Shown here piece by piece: positions 35,121 through 46,585 of a stretch of 64,000 bases of DNA. The notes beneath the pieces are model-generated. The model searched no databases and was not told the DNA's origin. It saw nothing but the letters and a program-made list of their open reading frames with translations. Origin of the DNA: an uncultured Pelagibacteraceae bacterium (GTDB lineage Bacteria; Pseudomonadota; Alphaproteobacteria; Pelagibacterales; Pelagibacteraceae); the NCBI GenBank assembly GCA_902532645.1, contig CACAIU010000001.1, positions 1,989 through 65,988 on the forward strand, in the 5' to 3' direction. A program made the translations under genes and the position numbers. The number at the start of each line of letters is the position of its first letter. Position 1 is the first letter of the stretch.

Positions 35121-35428
35121 TGGAAAAGCAAAATATAAGAATTAAATTAAGAGCTTACGATAATAAGGTTCTAGACGCTTCTACAGAGGAAATTGTAAAC
35201 ACAGTAAAAAGAACTGGAGCTACAATTAAAGGACCTATTCCATTACCTACAAGAATCGAAAGATATACTGTATTAAGATCACCTCACATAGATAAGAAAA
35301 GTAGAGAACAATTTGAGTCAAGAACACACAAAAGATTAATCGATATTATTGAACCAACACCACAAACTGTAGAAGCTTTGATGAAACTCGATTTGGCTTC
35401 TGGTGTAGATGTGGAGATTAAAATTTAA
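35120..35428 (+). CDS. rpsJ: 30S ribosomal protein S10
   Basis: [22 protein letters not shown]. Confidence 0.98.
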   Translation: MEKQNIRIKLRAYDNKVLDASTEEIVNTVKRTGATIKGPIPLPTRIERYTVLRSPHIDKKSREQFESRTHKRLIDIIEPTPQTVEALMKLDLASGVDVEIKI

Positions 35429-35430
35429 TT

Positions 35431-36141
35431 ATGAGTGAGATAGCTTTATTAGGAAAAAAAATAGGAATGACGAGAGAATTCTATAAATCTGGTCAGTTAG
35501 TTCCTGTGACTGTGCTTAAGGTTGAAAAAGCTAGAGTTATCCAGGTTATTGAAGAGGAAAAAAGAGGATACAAAGCAGTTCAGCTTGGATATGGAAAAAT
35601 TAAAAATTCAAAATTAACAAAAGCAATGAAGGGTGTTTTTTCTAAAAAAAATACAGAAGCTAAGAAAAAATTAAAAGAATTTAGAGTAAATGATACATCT
35701 GTTTACAAAGAAGGAAACGAGTTTGGTTTAGAAATATTCAAAGATATTAAATTTGTAGACACAAGATCAAAGACAATTGGTAAAGGTTTTGCAGGCGCTA
35801 TGAAAAGACATAATTTTGGTGGTTTAAGAGCCAGTCATGGTGTTTCAATATCACACAGAGCACATGGTTCAACTGGGCATAGTCAAGATCCAGGAAAAGT
35901 TTTTAAAGGAAAAAAAATGGCTGGTCATATGGGTGACAAGCTAAGAACAATGCAAAATATTGAAATAATAAAAACGGACTTAGAAAATGAACTTCTTTAC
36001 TTAAAAGGATCAATACCTGGTTCAAAAAATTCTGAAGTAATGGTTAAAAAATCAGTAAAAAATCTGAGTAAAATGACAATTGGTGAGAAACAAGCAGCTG
36101 CTGAAGAGGCTAAAAAAACACCTGAGAAAAAGAAAAAATAA
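35431..36141 (+). CDS. rplC: 50S ribosomal protein L3
   Basis: KKIGMT, GKGFAGAMKRHNF, PGKVFKGKKMAGHMG. Confidence 0.98.
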   Translation: MSEIALLGKKIGMTREFYKSGQLVPVTVLKVEKARVIQVIEEEKRGYKAVQLGYGKIKNSKLTKAMKGVFSKKNTEAKKKLKEFRVNDTSVYKEGNEFGLEIFKDIKFVDTRSKTIGKGFAGAMKRHNFGGLRASHGVSISHRAHGSTGHSQDPGKVFKGKKMAGHMGDKLRTMQNIEIIKTDLENELLYLKGSIPGSKNSEVMVKKSVKNLSKMTIGEKQAAAEEAKKTPEKKKK

Positions 36142-36764
36142 TGAAATTAGATAAAATTAGCATAGACGGTAAAAAAGATAGTATTGAAGTATTAGATAAG
36201 ATTTTTTCTGCAAAAATTAACCATAAATTAGTTAGCGCTGTACTTTATAAAACAAATGCTAATTACAAAGGAAGACATGCCAAAACTAAACAACAAAATG
36301 AGGTAAAAGGACCAACTTCAAAAATATATGCTCAAAAAGGGACTGGTGGTGCAAGGCACGCTAGTAGAAAAGCTCCTATATTTGTTGGCGGTGGTATTGC
36401 TCATGGACCAAAAGGTGAATTGGCTTATAAAAAAAGAAAACTAAACAAAACTGAGAAAAAACAAAGCGTAGCTTCATTAATTACCGAAAAAAATAATAAT
36501 AAAAATTTATTAATCTTAAATGATTTTAGTTCTGAAATTAAAAAAACAAAAGAGATGAACTCAATTATTAATAAACTTGAAATTACAAATTCACTAATAA
36601 TTTTAGATAAAAATTCTAAAGAAAAAATTGAAAAATCAGTAAGAAATATTCCAAATGTTAAAGTTACAGATGTAAATCATTTCAGCGCTTATGATATTAT
36701 TAAATTTAAAAAAGTAGTTTTCACAGAAAGCTCTGTAAAAGAACTAGAAAAGAGATATTTATAA
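36141..36764 (+). CDS. rplD: 50S ribosomal protein L4
   Basis: QKGTGGARH, GGGIAHGPK. Confidence 0.97.
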   Translation: MKLDKISIDGKKDSIEVLDKIFSAKINHKLVSAVLYKTNANYKGRHAKTKQQNEVKGPTSKIYAQKGTGGARHASRKAPIFVGGGIAHGPKGELAYKKRKLNKTEKKQSVASLITEKNNNKNLLILNDFSSEIKKTKEMNSIINKLEITNSLIILDKNSKEKIEKSVRNIPNVKVTDVNHFSAYDIIKFKKVVFTESSVKELEKRYL

Positions 36765-36765
36765 T

Positions 36766-37059
36766 ATGGAAAAAATTCATTTATACGACAAAATTCTTTC
36801 TCCAGTGGTTACTGAAAAATCAACTAACTTATCTGAACTAAATAAAATTGTATTTAAAGTTCCAGATGGTGCAAATAAGAAAAACTTAAAAAAGAATATT
36901 GAAAAAATATTTAAAGTTAATGTGACAAAGATAAATATTATTAACAAACAGAACAGAACAAAAGTTACCAGGGGTAGAAAAGTAAAAGTATCTGGATATA
37001 AAAAAGCAATAATTACTTTAAAAAAAGGTCAGAGCATTGATCTAACAACAGGAATTTAA
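36766..37059 (+). CDS. rplW: 50S ribosomal protein L23
   Basis: PVVTEKS, YKKAIITL. Confidence 0.96.
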   Translation: MEKIHLYDKILSPVVTEKSTNLSELNKIVFKVPDGANKKNLKKNIEKIFKVNVTKINIINKQNRTKVTRGRKVKVSGYKKAIITLKKGQSIDLTTGI

Positions 37060-37062
37060 TAA

Positions 37063-37902
37063 ATGGCATTAAAAACTTTTAAACCATATACAAAATCTAC
37101 TAGAGGTACTATTTTAGTCGATAGAACTGGTTTATGGAAAGGTAAACCATTCAAGACCTTAGTTTCACCTAAAAATGCGATGAAAGGTAGAAATAATAAT
37201 GGTCATATTACCTCTATTAATAGAGCTGGTGGACATAAAAAAATGTACAGACATGTGGATTTTTATCGAAAAAAATTCGACATGGAAGCTACAGTTGAAA
37301 GAATAGAGTATGATCCAAATAGATCATGTTACATCATGTTAGTTAAATTTGAGGATAATACGCATGCATACTTCTTAGCACCACAAAAAATTAAAGTTGG
37401 AGATAAAGTTGAAAGCGGTTCTAAAAAAGAAATTAAAGTAGGTAATTGTATGCCATTGCAAGACATTCCAGTGGGTATAAATATACATAATGTCGAGATA
37501 CAACCAGGTGGTGGTGGAAAAATCGCTAGAGCTGCTGGCTCATCAGTTACTATTAGTGGTCTGGATGGAAACTATAGTTTAATAAAATTAGCCTCAGGTG
37601 AAGTTAGAAAAATAGATTCAAGAGCCTTGGCTACTATTGGGATTTTAAGTAATCCAGATCAAAAAAATATAAAAATAGGAAAAGCAGGTAGATCAAGATG
37701 GTTGGGCAGAAGACCTCATACAAGAGGTGTTGTTAAAAACCCAGTTGATCACCCACATGGAGGTGGTGAAGGTAAATCAGCTGGAGGGAGACATCCAGTA
37801 TCACCTACAGGACAATCAGCTAAAGGTTTAAAAACCCGAGATAATAAGAGAACAGATAAATTTATAGTTAAGAGAAGAAATAAGAGGAAGGATACTAAGT
37901 AA
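37063..37902 (+). CDS. rplB: 50S ribosomal protein L2
   Basis: [26 protein letters not shown]. Confidence 0.98.
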   Translation: MALKTFKPYTKSTRGTILVDRTGLWKGKPFKTLVSPKNAMKGRNNNGHITSINRAGGHKKMYRHVDFYRKKFDMEATVERIEYDPNRSCYIMLVKFEDNTHAYFLAPQKIKVGDKVESGSKKEIKVGNCMPLQDIPVGINIHNVEIQPGGGGKIARAAGSSVTISGLDGNYSLIKLASGEVRKIDSRALATIGILSNPDQKNIKIGKAGRSRWLGRRPHTRGVVKNPVDHPHGGGEGKSAGGRHPVSPTGQSAKGLKTRDNKRTDKFIVKRRNKRKDTK

Positions 37903-38198
37903 TGGCTAGAGCAGTTTGGAAAGGTCCGTTTGTAGAAGAAAGCTTGATGAAGAAAGTGGACAAGTATAAAGATGATCCAAAGAAAATTCCTATTAAAACT
38001 TGGTCAAGAAAATCTACAATTTTACCAGACTTTGTAGGGGTAAGTTTCCAAATTTATAATGGGAAAAAATTTATACCAATAACTGTTTCAGAAGATATGG
38101 TTGGACATAAATTAGGTGAGTTTGCACCAACAAGAACGTTCTTTGGTCATACACCAGCTGATAAAAAAGCTAAACCAGCAACAGCAGAGAAGAAATAA
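37902..38198 (+). CDS. rpsS: 30S ribosomal protein S19
   Basis: [25 protein letters not shown]. Confidence 0.98.
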   Translation: MARAVWKGPFVEESLMKKVDKYKDDPKKIPIKTWSRKSTILPDFVGVSFQIYNGKKFIPITVSEDMVGHKLGEFAPTRTFFGHTPADKKAKPATAEKK

Positions 38199-38200
38199 CT

Positions 38201-38599
38201 ATGGGCAAGAAAAAGAAAATAGATAAATCTAACGATAAAACAGTTAAGTCTGTTAACAACGGTATTAGATCAAGTGTGAGAAAACTAAATCCAATACTAA
38301 AAAGCATTGTTGGCAAAAAAGTTGATGTTGCAATTAGAGATTTACAGTTTTCAGAAAAAAGAGTTACTAGAGATGTTAGAAAAACTATCAGCTCTGCAGT
38401 TGCTAATGCTGAAAATAATTTTCAATATGATATTGATAAATTAATTGTTAAAGAGGCATATTGTGGAAAAAAAATAGTTATGAAAAGATTTAGACCAAGA
38501 GCCAAAGGAAGAGCGGCACCAATATTAAAACCTTGGTCGACTGTTACAATAATTTTATCAGAAGCAAAACAAATGGAGAAGCATGGGGCAAAAAGTTAA
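38201..38599 (+). CDS. rplV: 50S ribosomal protein L22
   Basis: [20 protein letters not shown]. Confidence 0.97.
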   Translation: MGKKKKIDKSNDKTVKSVNNGIRSSVRKLNPILKSIVGKKVDVAIRDLQFSEKRVTRDVRKTISSAVANAENNFQYDIDKLIVKEAYCGKKIVMKRFRPRAKGRAAPILKPWSTVTIILSEAKQMEKHGAKS

Positions 38600-39263
38600 T
38601 CCTGTAGGTTTTAGATTAGGTGTCAACAGAGGATGGGACTCTGTATGGTATGCTAAGAAAAAAGATTTTGGAAATTATCTAATCGAAGATTTTAAAATTA
38701 GAGAATATATCAAGAAAAATGTAATTAATTCTGGTGTATCCAAGGTAATGATCGAAAGAACATCTAATAAATGTTATGTTACTATCTATACCTCTAGGCC
38801 TGGATTTGTGATTGGAAAAAAAGGAAGTGATATAGACAAAATTAAAAATAATCTTTCAAAATTCACAACAAATGAGGTTAATCTAAATATTAAAGAAGTT
38901 AAAAAACCTGAAACTAATGCTTATTTAGTAGCTGAAAACATAGCTCAGCAGCTTGTTAAAAGAATTTCTTATAGACGAGCCATGAAAAGAGCAATGCAAT
39001 CATGTATTAGATTGGGAGCGAAAGGGATTAAAGTTTCAGTAAGTGGAAGACTTGGTGGAAACGAAATAGCGAGAACAGAATGGTTAAGAGATGGAAGTAT
39101 TCCATCACACACTTTAAGAGCTGATATAGATTATGCAGAAGCAGAGGCACTTACAACTTATGGAATTATTGGAATTAAAGTTTGGATTTATAAAGGTGAA
39201 GTTTTTGCTAGAGAATTTAGCCAAGAAACAAATAAAGTAACACCTAAGGAAGGTAAACAATAA
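38583..39263 (+). CDS. rpsC: 30S ribosomal protein S3
   Basis: [33 protein letters not shown]. Confidence 0.98.
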   Translation: MGQKVNPVGFRLGVNRGWDSVWYAKKKDFGNYLIEDFKIREYIKKNVINSGVSKVMIERTSNKCYVTIYTSRPGFVIGKKGSDIDKIKNNLSKFTTNEVNLNIKEVKKPETNAYLVAENIAQQLVKRISYRRAMKRAMQSCIRLGAKGIKVSVSGRLGGNEIARTEWLRDGSIPSHTLRADIDYAEAEALTTYGIIGIKVWIYKGEVFAREFSQETNKVTPKEGKQ

Positions 39264-39673
39264 TGCTTCAACCAGTAAGAACAAAATGGAGAAAAGCTCA
39301 TAAAGGTAGAATTCATGGCAATGCTACAAGAGCAAGTACAATTAATTATGGTGCTTACGCATTAAAAGCCTTACAGCCTGAAAGAGTTACCGGAAAACAG
39401 ATTGAAGCTGCAAGAGTTGCTTTAACAAGACACATGAAAAGACAAGGAAGAGTTTGGACAAGAATATTTCCAAATATACCAGTTTCAAAAAAACCAATCG
39501 AGGTCAGAATGGGTAAAGGAAAGGGTTCACCGGAGTACTTTGCATGTAGAGTAAAACCAGGAAGAATATTATTTGAAGTTGATGGTGTTTCTGAACAAAT
39601 TGCAAAAGAAGCTTTGTACAAAGCATCAGCAAAATTACCGATTAAAACTAAAACAATTAAAAGATTTGCATAA
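39263..39673 (+). CDS. rplP: 50S ribosomal protein L16
   Basis: MLQP, IEAAR, RMGKGKG, KLPIK. Confidence 0.98.
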   Translation: MLQPVRTKWRKAHKGRIHGNATRASTINYGAYALKALQPERVTGKQIEAARVALTRHMKRQGRVWTRIFPNIPVSKKPIEVRMGKGKGSPEYFACRVKPGRILFEVDGVSEQIAKEALYKASAKLPIKTKTIKRFA

Positions 39674-39864
39674 TGAAAAAACAAGAAATTAAAAAATTAT
39701 CAAAGGACGAAATTGTGAAAAACATCGATAAGCTTAAAAAAGATCTTTTTAATTTCAGATTTCAAAAAATGAATTCACAAGTAACAAACCCAGCTAAAAT
39801 TGGGGAAACAAGAAAAACAATAGCAAGATTAAAAACAATTTTAAAAGGAAAAGCAAATGCCTAA
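39673..39864 (+). CDS. rpmC: 50S ribosomal protein L29
   Basis: [16 protein letters not shown], and synteny. Confidence 0.95.
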   Translation: MKKQEIKKLSKDEIVKNIDKLKKDLFNFRFQKMNSQVTNPAKIGETRKTIARLKTILKGKANA

Positions 39865-40093
39865 AAAAATACTTACAGGAGTTGTTATAAGCGATAAACC
39901 AAATAAAACAGTTACTGTCATGGTAGAACGTAAATATTCTCACCCAGTTCTAAAAAAAGTAATCAGAGTTAGAAAAAACTATAACGCTCACGATGAAAAT
40001 AATAAGTTCAAAACTGGTGACAAAGTTTCAATTATTGAGAGCAAACCTTTTTCTAAAAATAAAAAATTTCAAGTTATGGAGAATACAAAGTAA
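39857..40093 (+). CDS. rpsQ: 30S ribosomal protein S17
   Basis: GVVISDK.NKTVTV, AHDE, ESKPFSK. Confidence 0.96.
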   Translation: MPKKILTGVVISDKPNKTVTVMVERKYSHPVLKKVIRVRKNYNAHDENNKFKTGDKVSIIESKPFSKNKKFQVMENTK

Positions 40094-40461
40094 TGATTGG
40101 TGTTCAAACTGAGTTGCTGGTAGCTGACAATACTGGTGCAAAAAGAATTGAGTGCATTAAAGTATTGGGTGGATCGAAAAGAAGATACGCTAGTATTGGT
40201 GATACAATTGTAATTGCAGTTAAAGAAGCAATGCCAAAAGGAAAAGTTAAAAAGGGATCTGTTCATAAAGCAGTAGTTGTAAGAGTTAAAAAAGGAATAC
40301 ATAGAAACGATGGTTCTAAAGTAAGATTTGATAACAATGCAGCTGTTTTAGTTGACGACAAAGGAGAGCCAGTAGGAACAAGGATTTTTGGTCCAGTTAC
40401 AAGAGAATTAAGAAGCAGAGGTCAAATGAAAATCATTTCTTTGGCACCGGAGGTTTTGTAA
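40093..40461 (+). CDS. rplN: 50S ribosomal protein L14
   Basis: [29 protein letters not shown]. Confidence 0.98.
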   Translation: MIGVQTELLVADNTGAKRIECIKVLGGSKRRYASIGDTIVIAVKEAMPKGKVKKGSVHKAVVVRVKKGIHRNDGSKVRFDNNAAVLVDDKGEPVGTRIFGPVTRELRSRGQMKIISLAPEVL

Positions 40462-40706
40462 TGATTAAAAAAGGTTTGAAAGTAAGAGTTTTAACTGGAA
40501 AAGATAAGAAAAAAGAAGGTGAAGTTATTGAAATTGATAGAGCTAATAACAGAGCAAAGGTCAAAGAAATAAACATGGTTAAAAAACACGTTAAAACAAC
40601 AAAAGAGAAAAAAGGTGGAATTTTTCCAAAGGAAAGTTTCATTCATATTTCTAACTTAAAACTAATTGATGAAAAAGCAGCTAAGAAAAAAGAGGCTAAA
40701 AAATAA
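40461..40706 (+). CDS. rplX: 50S ribosomal protein L24 (short form)
   Basis: KOW-like V.VLTGKDK..GEV, KKHVK, IHISNL. Confidence 0.93.
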   Translation: MIKKGLKVRVLTGKDKKKEGEVIEIDRANNRAKVKEINMVKKHVKTTKEKKGGIFPKESFIHISNLKLIDEKAAKKKEAKK

Positions 40707-41260
40707 TGACACCAAGATTAAAAGAAATGTTCAATAAAGAAATTCAGCCTGCATTAAAAAATCAATTTGGTTTTAAAAATATTTATATGACTCCAAGAAT
40801 TGAGAAAGTTGTATTAAATATGGGCCTTGGCTTAGATGCTACAGATTCTAAGATTTTAAAATCATGCGAAGAGGATATGGCTAAAATTACTGGACAAAAA
40901 CCGGTTACAACAAAATTTAAAAAATCAGTAGCTAATTTTAAAACCAGAAAAGGATCAAATGCTGGTTTAAAGGTAACATTAAGAAAAAATAAAATGTATG
41001 AATTCTTAGATAGATTAGTGAATATAGCATTACCAAGGATTAAAGATTTTAGAGGTTTGTCATCGAAAGGCTTTGATAAATTCGGTAATTATACATTTGG
41101 AATTAAAGAGCATATAATTTTTCCAGAAGTAAGCTTTGATAGAGCAGACAAAGTTAGAGGTTTAGATATAGTAATAGTTATTAAAGCAAAAAATAAAGAG
41201 CATAGTTTTGCATTACTAGAAAAAATGAATTTTCCATTTATTAAAAAAGGAGATAACTAA
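40706..41260 (+). CDS. rplE: 50S ribosomal protein L5
   Basis: KVVLNMG, ITGQKP, LPRIKDFRG, FPE. Confidence 0.98.
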   Translation: MTPRLKEMFNKEIQPALKNQFGFKNIYMTPRIEKVVLNMGLGLDATDSKILKSCEEDMAKITGQKPVTTKFKKSVANFKTRKGSNAGLKVTLRKNKMYEFLDRLVNIALPRIKDFRGLSSKGFDKFGNYTFGIKEHIIFPEVSFDRADKVRGLDIVIVIKAKNKEHSFALLEKMNFPFIKKGDN

Positions 41261-41262
41261 AC

Positions 41263-41568
41263 ATGGCAAAGTTAAGCGCTGTTAATAAAAATAAAAAAAG
41301 GATTAAGCTATCTGATAGGCTTTATAAGAAAAGACAAGGATTAAAGAAGATTGTAATGGATAAAAAAATACCATTAGAAGAAAGATTTAAAGCGCAACAA
41401 AAATTGTCTAAGCTGCCAAGAAACTCAGCTAAAACAAGAGTTATGAATAGATGTGAGATAACAGGCAGACCTCATGGTGTTTATAGAAAATTAAAGATTT
41501 CAAGAATTGCATTAAGACAATTAGGATTACAAGGAAAGATACCAGGCTTAGTTAAATCTAGCTGGTAG
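41263..41568 (+). CDS. rpsN: 30S ribosomal protein S14 (Zn-independent long form)
   Basis: LPRNS, NRCEITGRP, IPGLVKSSW. Confidence 0.97.
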   Translation: MAKLSAVNKNKKRIKLSDRLYKKRQGLKKIVMDKKIPLEERFKAQQKLSKLPRNSAKTRVMNRCEITGRPHGVYRKLKISRIALRQLGLQGKIPGLVKSSW

Positions 41569-41579
41569 AAAGGAAAATT

Positions 41580-41975
41580 ATGAGTTTAAGTGACCCAATA
41601 GGAGATATGATTGCAAGAGTGAAGAACGCTCAAGCTAGAAATCATAAAAAAGTAGAATTACCTTCATCTAATTTTAAAACAAAAATTGCAGATATACTTA
41701 AAAATGAAGGTTTTATAAAAGATTTTAAAGTTAGTTCTGAGGAGAAAAAACCAATTTTATCATTAGAACTAAAGTACCATTCAGGTAATCCAGTAATTAG
41801 TGCTTTTGAAAGAGTATCAAAACCTGGAAGAAGAATTTTTTCATCTGCCAATAGCTTACCTAAAATAAATAATGGGTTAGGAATTGCTATTGTTTCAACT
41901 CCAAAAGGAGTAATGACTGATATAGATGCAAGAAAACAAAAAGTTGGTGGCGAAATAATTTGTAAGGTATTTTAA
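41580..41975 (+). CDS. rpsH: 30S ribosomal protein S8
   Basis: DPIGDM, SKPGRR, STPKG, GGEI. Confidence 0.98.
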   Translation: MSLSDPIGDMIARVKNAQARNHKKVELPSSNFKTKIADILKNEGFIKDFKVSSEEKKPILSLELKYHSGNPVISAFERVSKPGRRIFSSANSLPKINNGLGIAIVSTPKGVMTDIDARKQKVGGEIICKVF

Positions 41976-42514
41976 TGTCAAAAATTGGTAAAATAAATAT
42001 ATCTATCCCTGAAAAAGTAAAAGTTGCTTTAGCTGGAAATATTATAAATATAGAGGGGCCTTTAGGGAAAAAATCAATCAATGTTGATCTAGAAATGTTT
42101 AATTTAGATATTATTGAAGGAAAAGAAATTTCTATTAAACCAAAAAAAGTAGATCAAAACTCAAAAAGACTTTGGGGTATGAATAGAAGTTTAATCAATA
42201 ATGCTGTCATTGGATCCAGCACAGGTTATGAAAAAACTTTAGAATTAGTTGGCGTTGGTTATAGAGCTGCGTTAAAAGGTAATCAGTTAAATTTACAATT
42301 GGGTTATAGTCACGACATTAATTTTGACATACCAGAAGGTATTAAAATTACTGTTGAAAAACAAACAACATTAAAAATCACAGGCTCAGATAAGCAGTTA
42401 GTTGGTGAAGTTGCTTCTAAAATTAAAACATTTAGAAAAATCGAACCTTATAAAGGCAAAGGTGTTAGAGAAAAAGGTCAGTATGTTCTTAAAAAAGAAG
42501 GAAAGAAAAAATAA
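41975..42514 (+). CDS. rplF: 50S ribosomal protein L6
   Basis: MSKIGK, GVGYRA, LGYSH, EPYKGKG. Confidence 0.98.
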   Translation: MSKIGKINISIPEKVKVALAGNIINIEGPLGKKSINVDLEMFNLDIIEGKEISIKPKKVDQNSKRLWGMNRSLINNAVIGSSTGYEKTLELVGVGYRAALKGNQLNLQLGYSHDINFDIPEGIKITVEKQTTLKITGSDKQLVGEVASKIKTFRKIEPYKGKGVREKGQYVLKKEGKKK

Positions 42515-42870
42515 TGAAACTAAACACTAGTATAAGAAAAAGATTTAGAGTTAGCAATAAAGTCAAAAGAGTTGCTTCGAAAGATAGATTTAGATTAAGT
42601 ATTTCTAGATCATCAAAAAATATTTCGGCTCAAATAATTGATGACACGAAAAATGTAACCTTGTTATCAGCTTCATCTGTAGAAAAAGATCTTAGATCAG
42701 CAGATAAAGTTAATAAAACTGAACTATCTAAATTGGTTGCCCAAAAATTAGCTAAAAAAGCACAAGAGAAAAAAATTACTAAAATTTATTTTGATAGAGG
42801 TTCTTACAAATTCCACGGTAGAATTAAAGTTTTTGCAGAAACTCTAAGAGAAAACGGGATGGAATTTTAA
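42514..42870 (+). CDS. rplR: 50S ribosomal protein L18
   Basis: [25 protein letters not shown]. Confidence 0.97.
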   Translation: MKLNTSIRKRFRVSNKVKRVASKDRFRLSISRSSKNISAQIIDDTKNVTLLSASSVEKDLRSADKVNKTELSKLVAQKLAKKAQEKKITKIYFDRGSYKFHGRIKVFAETLRENGMEF

Positions 42871-42872
42871 TT

Positions 42873-43388
42873 ATGGAAAATTTAAAAGATAAAAAAACTG
42901 ACGATATATTAGAAAAATTAGTCCACATTAATCGAATTACTAAAGTTGTTAAGGGTGGAAGAAGATTTGGATTTTCTGCGCTTGTAGTAGTAGGAAATCA
43001 AGCAGGTAAAATTGGTGTAGCTCACGCAAAAGCTAAACAAGTACCTGACGCCATAAAAAAAGCAAATGAAATGGCAAGAAGAAAACTTACTCATATACCA
43101 TTAAGAGAAGGCAGAACGATACATCATGATGTTAAGGCAAAAGATGGCTCGGGTAGAATAGTGTTAAGAGCTGCTTCTAAGGGAACAGGTATTATTGCAG
43201 GTGGTCCTGTTAGGGCAGTATGTGAAGTTTTAGGAGTAAAAGATATTGTTGCTAAATCTATGGGAACTTCTAATGCGCACAATGTTATTAGAGCTACAAT
43301 GAAAGCATTAATGAAACAAAGTTCACCAAAACAAATATCAGCAATAAGAAATAAAAAAATTTCTGAAATAATTGAAAAAAGAGGATAA
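42873..43388 (+). CDS. rpsE: 30S ribosomal protein S5
   Basis: [20 protein letters not shown]. Confidence 0.98.
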   Translation: MENLKDKKTDDILEKLVHINRITKVVKGGRRFGFSALVVVGNQAGKIGVAHAKAKQVPDAIKKANEMARRKLTHIPLREGRTIHHDVKAKDGSGRIVLRAASKGTGIIAGGPVRAVCEVLGVKDIVAKSMGTSNAHNVIRATMKALMKQSSPKQISAIRNKKISEIIEKRG

Positions 43389-43840
43389 TGATTAATTTAA
43401 ATAACAGAGAAAAAATCAATAAATCTAAAATAAGGGTTGGAAGAGGAATTGGTTCTGGTAAAGGCAAAACATCAGGTAGAGGTGTTAAAGGTCAAAAATC
43501 AAGATCTGGAGTAGCTATAAAAAGTTTTGAAGGTGGTCAAATGCCATTGTACAGAAGACTTCCAAAAAGAGGTTTTAACCCAATTTCAAAAGATAGTGTT
43601 GCAATTTTAAATCTGGATAAGATTCAATCTTATATTGACAAAAAAAGTATTAATCCAAACGAAGTATTAAACTCAGGATTATTAAAAAAACTTAAGTTAA
43701 TAAATAAAAACTCAAAAAAATTAAAAATTTTAGGAACTGGTGAAGTAAAAGATAAAATCAATATTGAAGCCGATCTAGCCTCTAAATCAGCAATAGAAAA
43801 ATTAGAAAAAATTGGTGGATCTATTCAATTAAAAAAATAG
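43388..43840 (+). CDS. rplO: 50S ribosomal protein L15
   Basis: [30 protein letters not shown]. Confidence 0.98.
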   Translation: MINLNNREKINKSKIRVGRGIGSGKGKTSGRGVKGQKSRSGVAIKSFEGGQMPLYRRLPKRGFNPISKDSVAILNLDKIQSYIDKKSINPNEVLNSGLLKKLKLINKNSKKLKILGTGEVKDKINIEADLASKSAIEKLEKIGGSIQLKK

Positions 43841-43849
43841 TTTGTTTAT

Positions 43850-45130
43850 ATGAGCGCATCATCGTCAACAAATGATTTAAGAAATAGAATTATATTTACT
43901 ATTTTAATTTTAGCCGTTTATAGATTTGGAACTTTTGTACCTTTACCAGGTATAGACCCTGAACAATTGAAAATAATGATGGAAGGGAATCAAAAAGGAT
44001 TGCTAGGCATGTTTAATGTTTTTGCAGGAGGTGCAGTTAGTAGAATGGCAATATTTGCATTAGGTATAATGCCTTACATTTCTTCAGCAATTATAGTTCA
44101 ACTTTTGACAGGTGTTTCAGATTATTTTAAAAATCTAAAAGCTCAAGGTGAGACAGGAAGAGCTAAAATTACACAAATTACAAGATATGGAACAGTGTTA
44201 CTTGCAACAGTACAAGGATATGGTTTATCTGTTGGTTTAGAGTCTTCTGCTGATTTAGTAATTAATCCAGGGGCCTTTTTTAAAATAACTACTGTTACAA
44301 CCATTGTAGCAGGAACAATATTTTTAATGTGGTTGGGAGAACAAATCACCCAAAGAGGTATTGGTAACGGTATATCGTTAATAATTTTTGCTGGTATTGT
44401 AGCAGAAATTCCAAGAGCTTTAGTTACAACTTTTGAATTAGGTAGAACTGGTGCAGTTTCAACATTTATGATTCTAGCAATATTTGTTCTATTAATAGCT
44501 ACAATTCTTTTTGTTGTTTTTATGGAAAGAGCATTACGAAAAATTCTGATTAATTATCCTAAAAGACAAATGGGTAATAAAATGTATGGAGGAGAATCAT
44601 CACATTTACCTTTAAAGATAAATCAGGCCGGAGTAATTCCAGCAATTTTTGCTTCTGCACTATTATTATTACCAGTAACATTCTCAAATTTTTCATTTTC
44701 TAATAATGAAACATTTTTAAACTTGAGCTCTTATTTTACCCAAGGACAACCTCTTTATATGCTGCTGTATGCATCAGGAATAATTTTTTTCACTTTTTTT
44801 TATACTTCTATAACATTCAATCCAACCGAAACTGCTGAGAATCTTAGAAAGTATGGTGGATTTGTACCAGGAATTAGACCAGGTGAAAGTACAGCGTTGT
44901 ATATTGAAAATATTTCAACAAAATTAACTACGATTGGCGCTCTATATTTAACTCTAGTTTGTTTGATGCCAGAATTTTTAATTGCAAACTATCCAATACC
45001 TTTTTATTTAGGTGGTGCATCTATATTAATTGTTGTTGTAGTAGCCATCGATACTGTAACACAAATACAAACAAGATTAATGAGTTCACAATACGAACAA
45101 CTTATTAAAAAAACAAAATTTGGTAAGTAA
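43850..45130 (+). CDS. secY: Preprotein translocase subunit SecY
   Basis: LGIMPYIS, WLGEQIT.RGIGNG, IPAIFA, PGIRPG. Confidence 0.98.
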   Translation: MSASSSTNDLRNRIIFTILILAVYRFGTFVPLPGIDPEQLKIMMEGNQKGLLGMFNVFAGGAVSRMAIFALGIMPYISSAIIVQLLTGVSDYFKNLKAQGETGRAKITQITRYGTVLLATVQGYGLSVGLESSADLVINPGAFFKITTVTTIVAGTIFLMWLGEQITQRGIGNGISLIIFAGIVAEIPRALVTTFELGRTGAVSTFMILAIFVLLIATILFVVFMERALRKILINYPKRQMGNKMYGGESSHLPLKINQAGVIPAIFASALLLLPVTFSNFSFSNNETFLNLSSYFTQGQPLYMLLYASGIIFFTFFYTSITFNPTETAENLRKYGGFVPGIRPGESTALYIENISTKLTTIGALYLTLVCLMPEFLIANYPIPFYLGGASILIVVVVAIDTVTQIQTRLMSSQYEQLIKKTKFGK

Positions 45131-45694
45131 GTGAATATAATTTTATTTGGACCTCCTGGTGCTGGAAAAGGTACTCAGTCTAAATATTTAGTAAATAAAT
45201 TAAATGCTTTTCAGATTTCAACAGGTGATCTGTTAAGAAAAGAAATAAAAGAAAATTCAGACATTGGCAAAGCTATAACTAATGATATGGAGAATGGAAA
45301 ATTTGTAAGTGATGATATTGTTAATAAACTAATAGAAAATTTAATATTCGATCCTCAAAAAAAAAATAAATTAATCTTTGATGGATATCCTCGATCATTA
45401 AGTCAGGCTAAAAATTTAGAAGTGTTACTTGAAAAATCAAATCAGAGCATAGATTTAATTTTATTTCTAAAAGTTGATAAAGAAACAATTCTTAAAAGGC
45501 TTGAGAAGAGAAAAATTATCGAAAATAGGTCTGATGATGATGTTCATACGATAGTTAAAAGGTATGAGAAATACATGGAAATAACTCAACCAGTTCTAAA
45601 TTTCTACTCTCAGAATCCAAATTTTAAGAAGATTGATGGAGGCTTAGAAATTGAAGAAATAACAAGGAAAATAGACGCTTTTATCAATGTATAA
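45131..45694 (+). CDS. adk: Adenylate kinase (short-LID type)
   Basis: GPPGAGKGT, ISTGDLLR, DGYPR, R.DD. GTG start. Confidence 0.96.
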   Translation: MNIILFGPPGAGKGTQSKYLVNKLNAFQISTGDLLRKEIKENSDIGKAITNDMENGKFVSDDIVNKLIENLIFDPQKKNKLIFDGYPRSLSQAKNLEVLLEKSNQSIDLILFLKVDKETILKRLEKRKIIENRSDDDVHTIVKRYEKYMEITQPVLNFYSQNPNFKKIDGGLEIEEITRKIDAFINV

Positions 45695-45698
45695 GACG

Positions 45699-45726
45699 TT
45701 GACTTTGATTAATCTTCTTATATAAA
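45699..45726 (+). promoter_or_regulatory. Putative promoter of the alpha operon (rpsM-rpsK-rpoA-rplQ)
   Basis: TTGACT-16 bp-TATAAA. Confidence 0.6.
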
Positions 45727-45749
45727 AGGCACAATTTATCACAAAAATT

Positions 45750-46133
45750 ATGGCTCGTATCGCAGGTATAAACATTCCACAGAATAAACTTGTTCATATA
45801 GGATTAACTTATATTTATGGAATTGGTGATAAGTTCTCACAGCAAATTTGTTCATCTTTAGAAATTCCAAGAGCTAAAAGAGTAAATGAATTAACTGACG
45901 AAGAGATTTTAAAAATAAGAGAATACATCGATCAAAACTTTAAAGTAGAAGGTGATTTAAGAAGAGATTATTCATTGAGTATTAAAAGATTAATTGATCT
46001 AGCTTGTTATAGAGGTACAAGACATAGAAAAAAATTACCTGTTAGAGGTCAAAGAACTAGATGTAATGCAAGAACAAGAAAAGGAAAAGCAATCGCTATT
46101 GCTGGAAAAAAATTAACCCCAACTAAAAAATAG
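45750..46133 (+). CDS. rpsM: 30S ribosomal protein S13
   Basis: [19 protein letters not shown]. Confidence 0.98.
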   Translation: MARIAGINIPQNKLVHIGLTYIYGIGDKFSQQICSSLEIPRAKRVNELTDEEILKIREYIDQNFKVEGDLRRDYSLSIKRLIDLACYRGTRHRKKLPVRGQRTRCNARTRKGKAIAIAGKKLTPTKK

Positions 46134-46135
46134 TT

Positions 46136-46585
46136 ATGGCTAAAACTGATAAGGTTGAGAATAAAGATCAGAAGGTGGAAAAGTCTACTAAGAAAAGTGT
46201 AAAAAGTTCTTATTCAAAAAAAAAGAAAGTTAAGAAAAATATTTTAAATGGAATTGCATATGTACAATCAACATTTAATAATACTATTATCTCAATTGCT
46301 GATACAAATGGAAACGTGATTTCATGGGCATCTGCTGGACAAAAAGGGTTCAAGGGATCAAGAAAGTCAACCCCTTACGCAGCACAGATAGCAGCTGACT
46401 CTGCAGCCTCGAAAGCTCTTGAGTACGGAATGAAAACTTTGTCCGTTGAAGTCAAAGGACCTGGATCAGGAAGAGAAACAGCTTTAAGAGCATTGCAAGC
46501 TAGAGGATTTAAGATTTTGTCAATTAAAGACACTACACCTATGCCTCATAACGGAACTAGACCACCAAAGAAAAGGAGAGTTTAA
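46136..46585 (+). CDS. rpsK: 30S ribosomal protein S11
   Basis: [31 protein letters not shown]. Confidence 0.98.
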   Translation: MAKTDKVENKDQKVEKSTKKSVKSSYSKKKKVKKNILNGIAYVQSTFNNTIISIADTNGNVISWASAGQKGFKGSRKSTPYAAQIAADSAASKALEYGMKTLSVEVKGPGSGRETALRALQARGFKILSIKDTTPMPHNGTRPPKKRRV

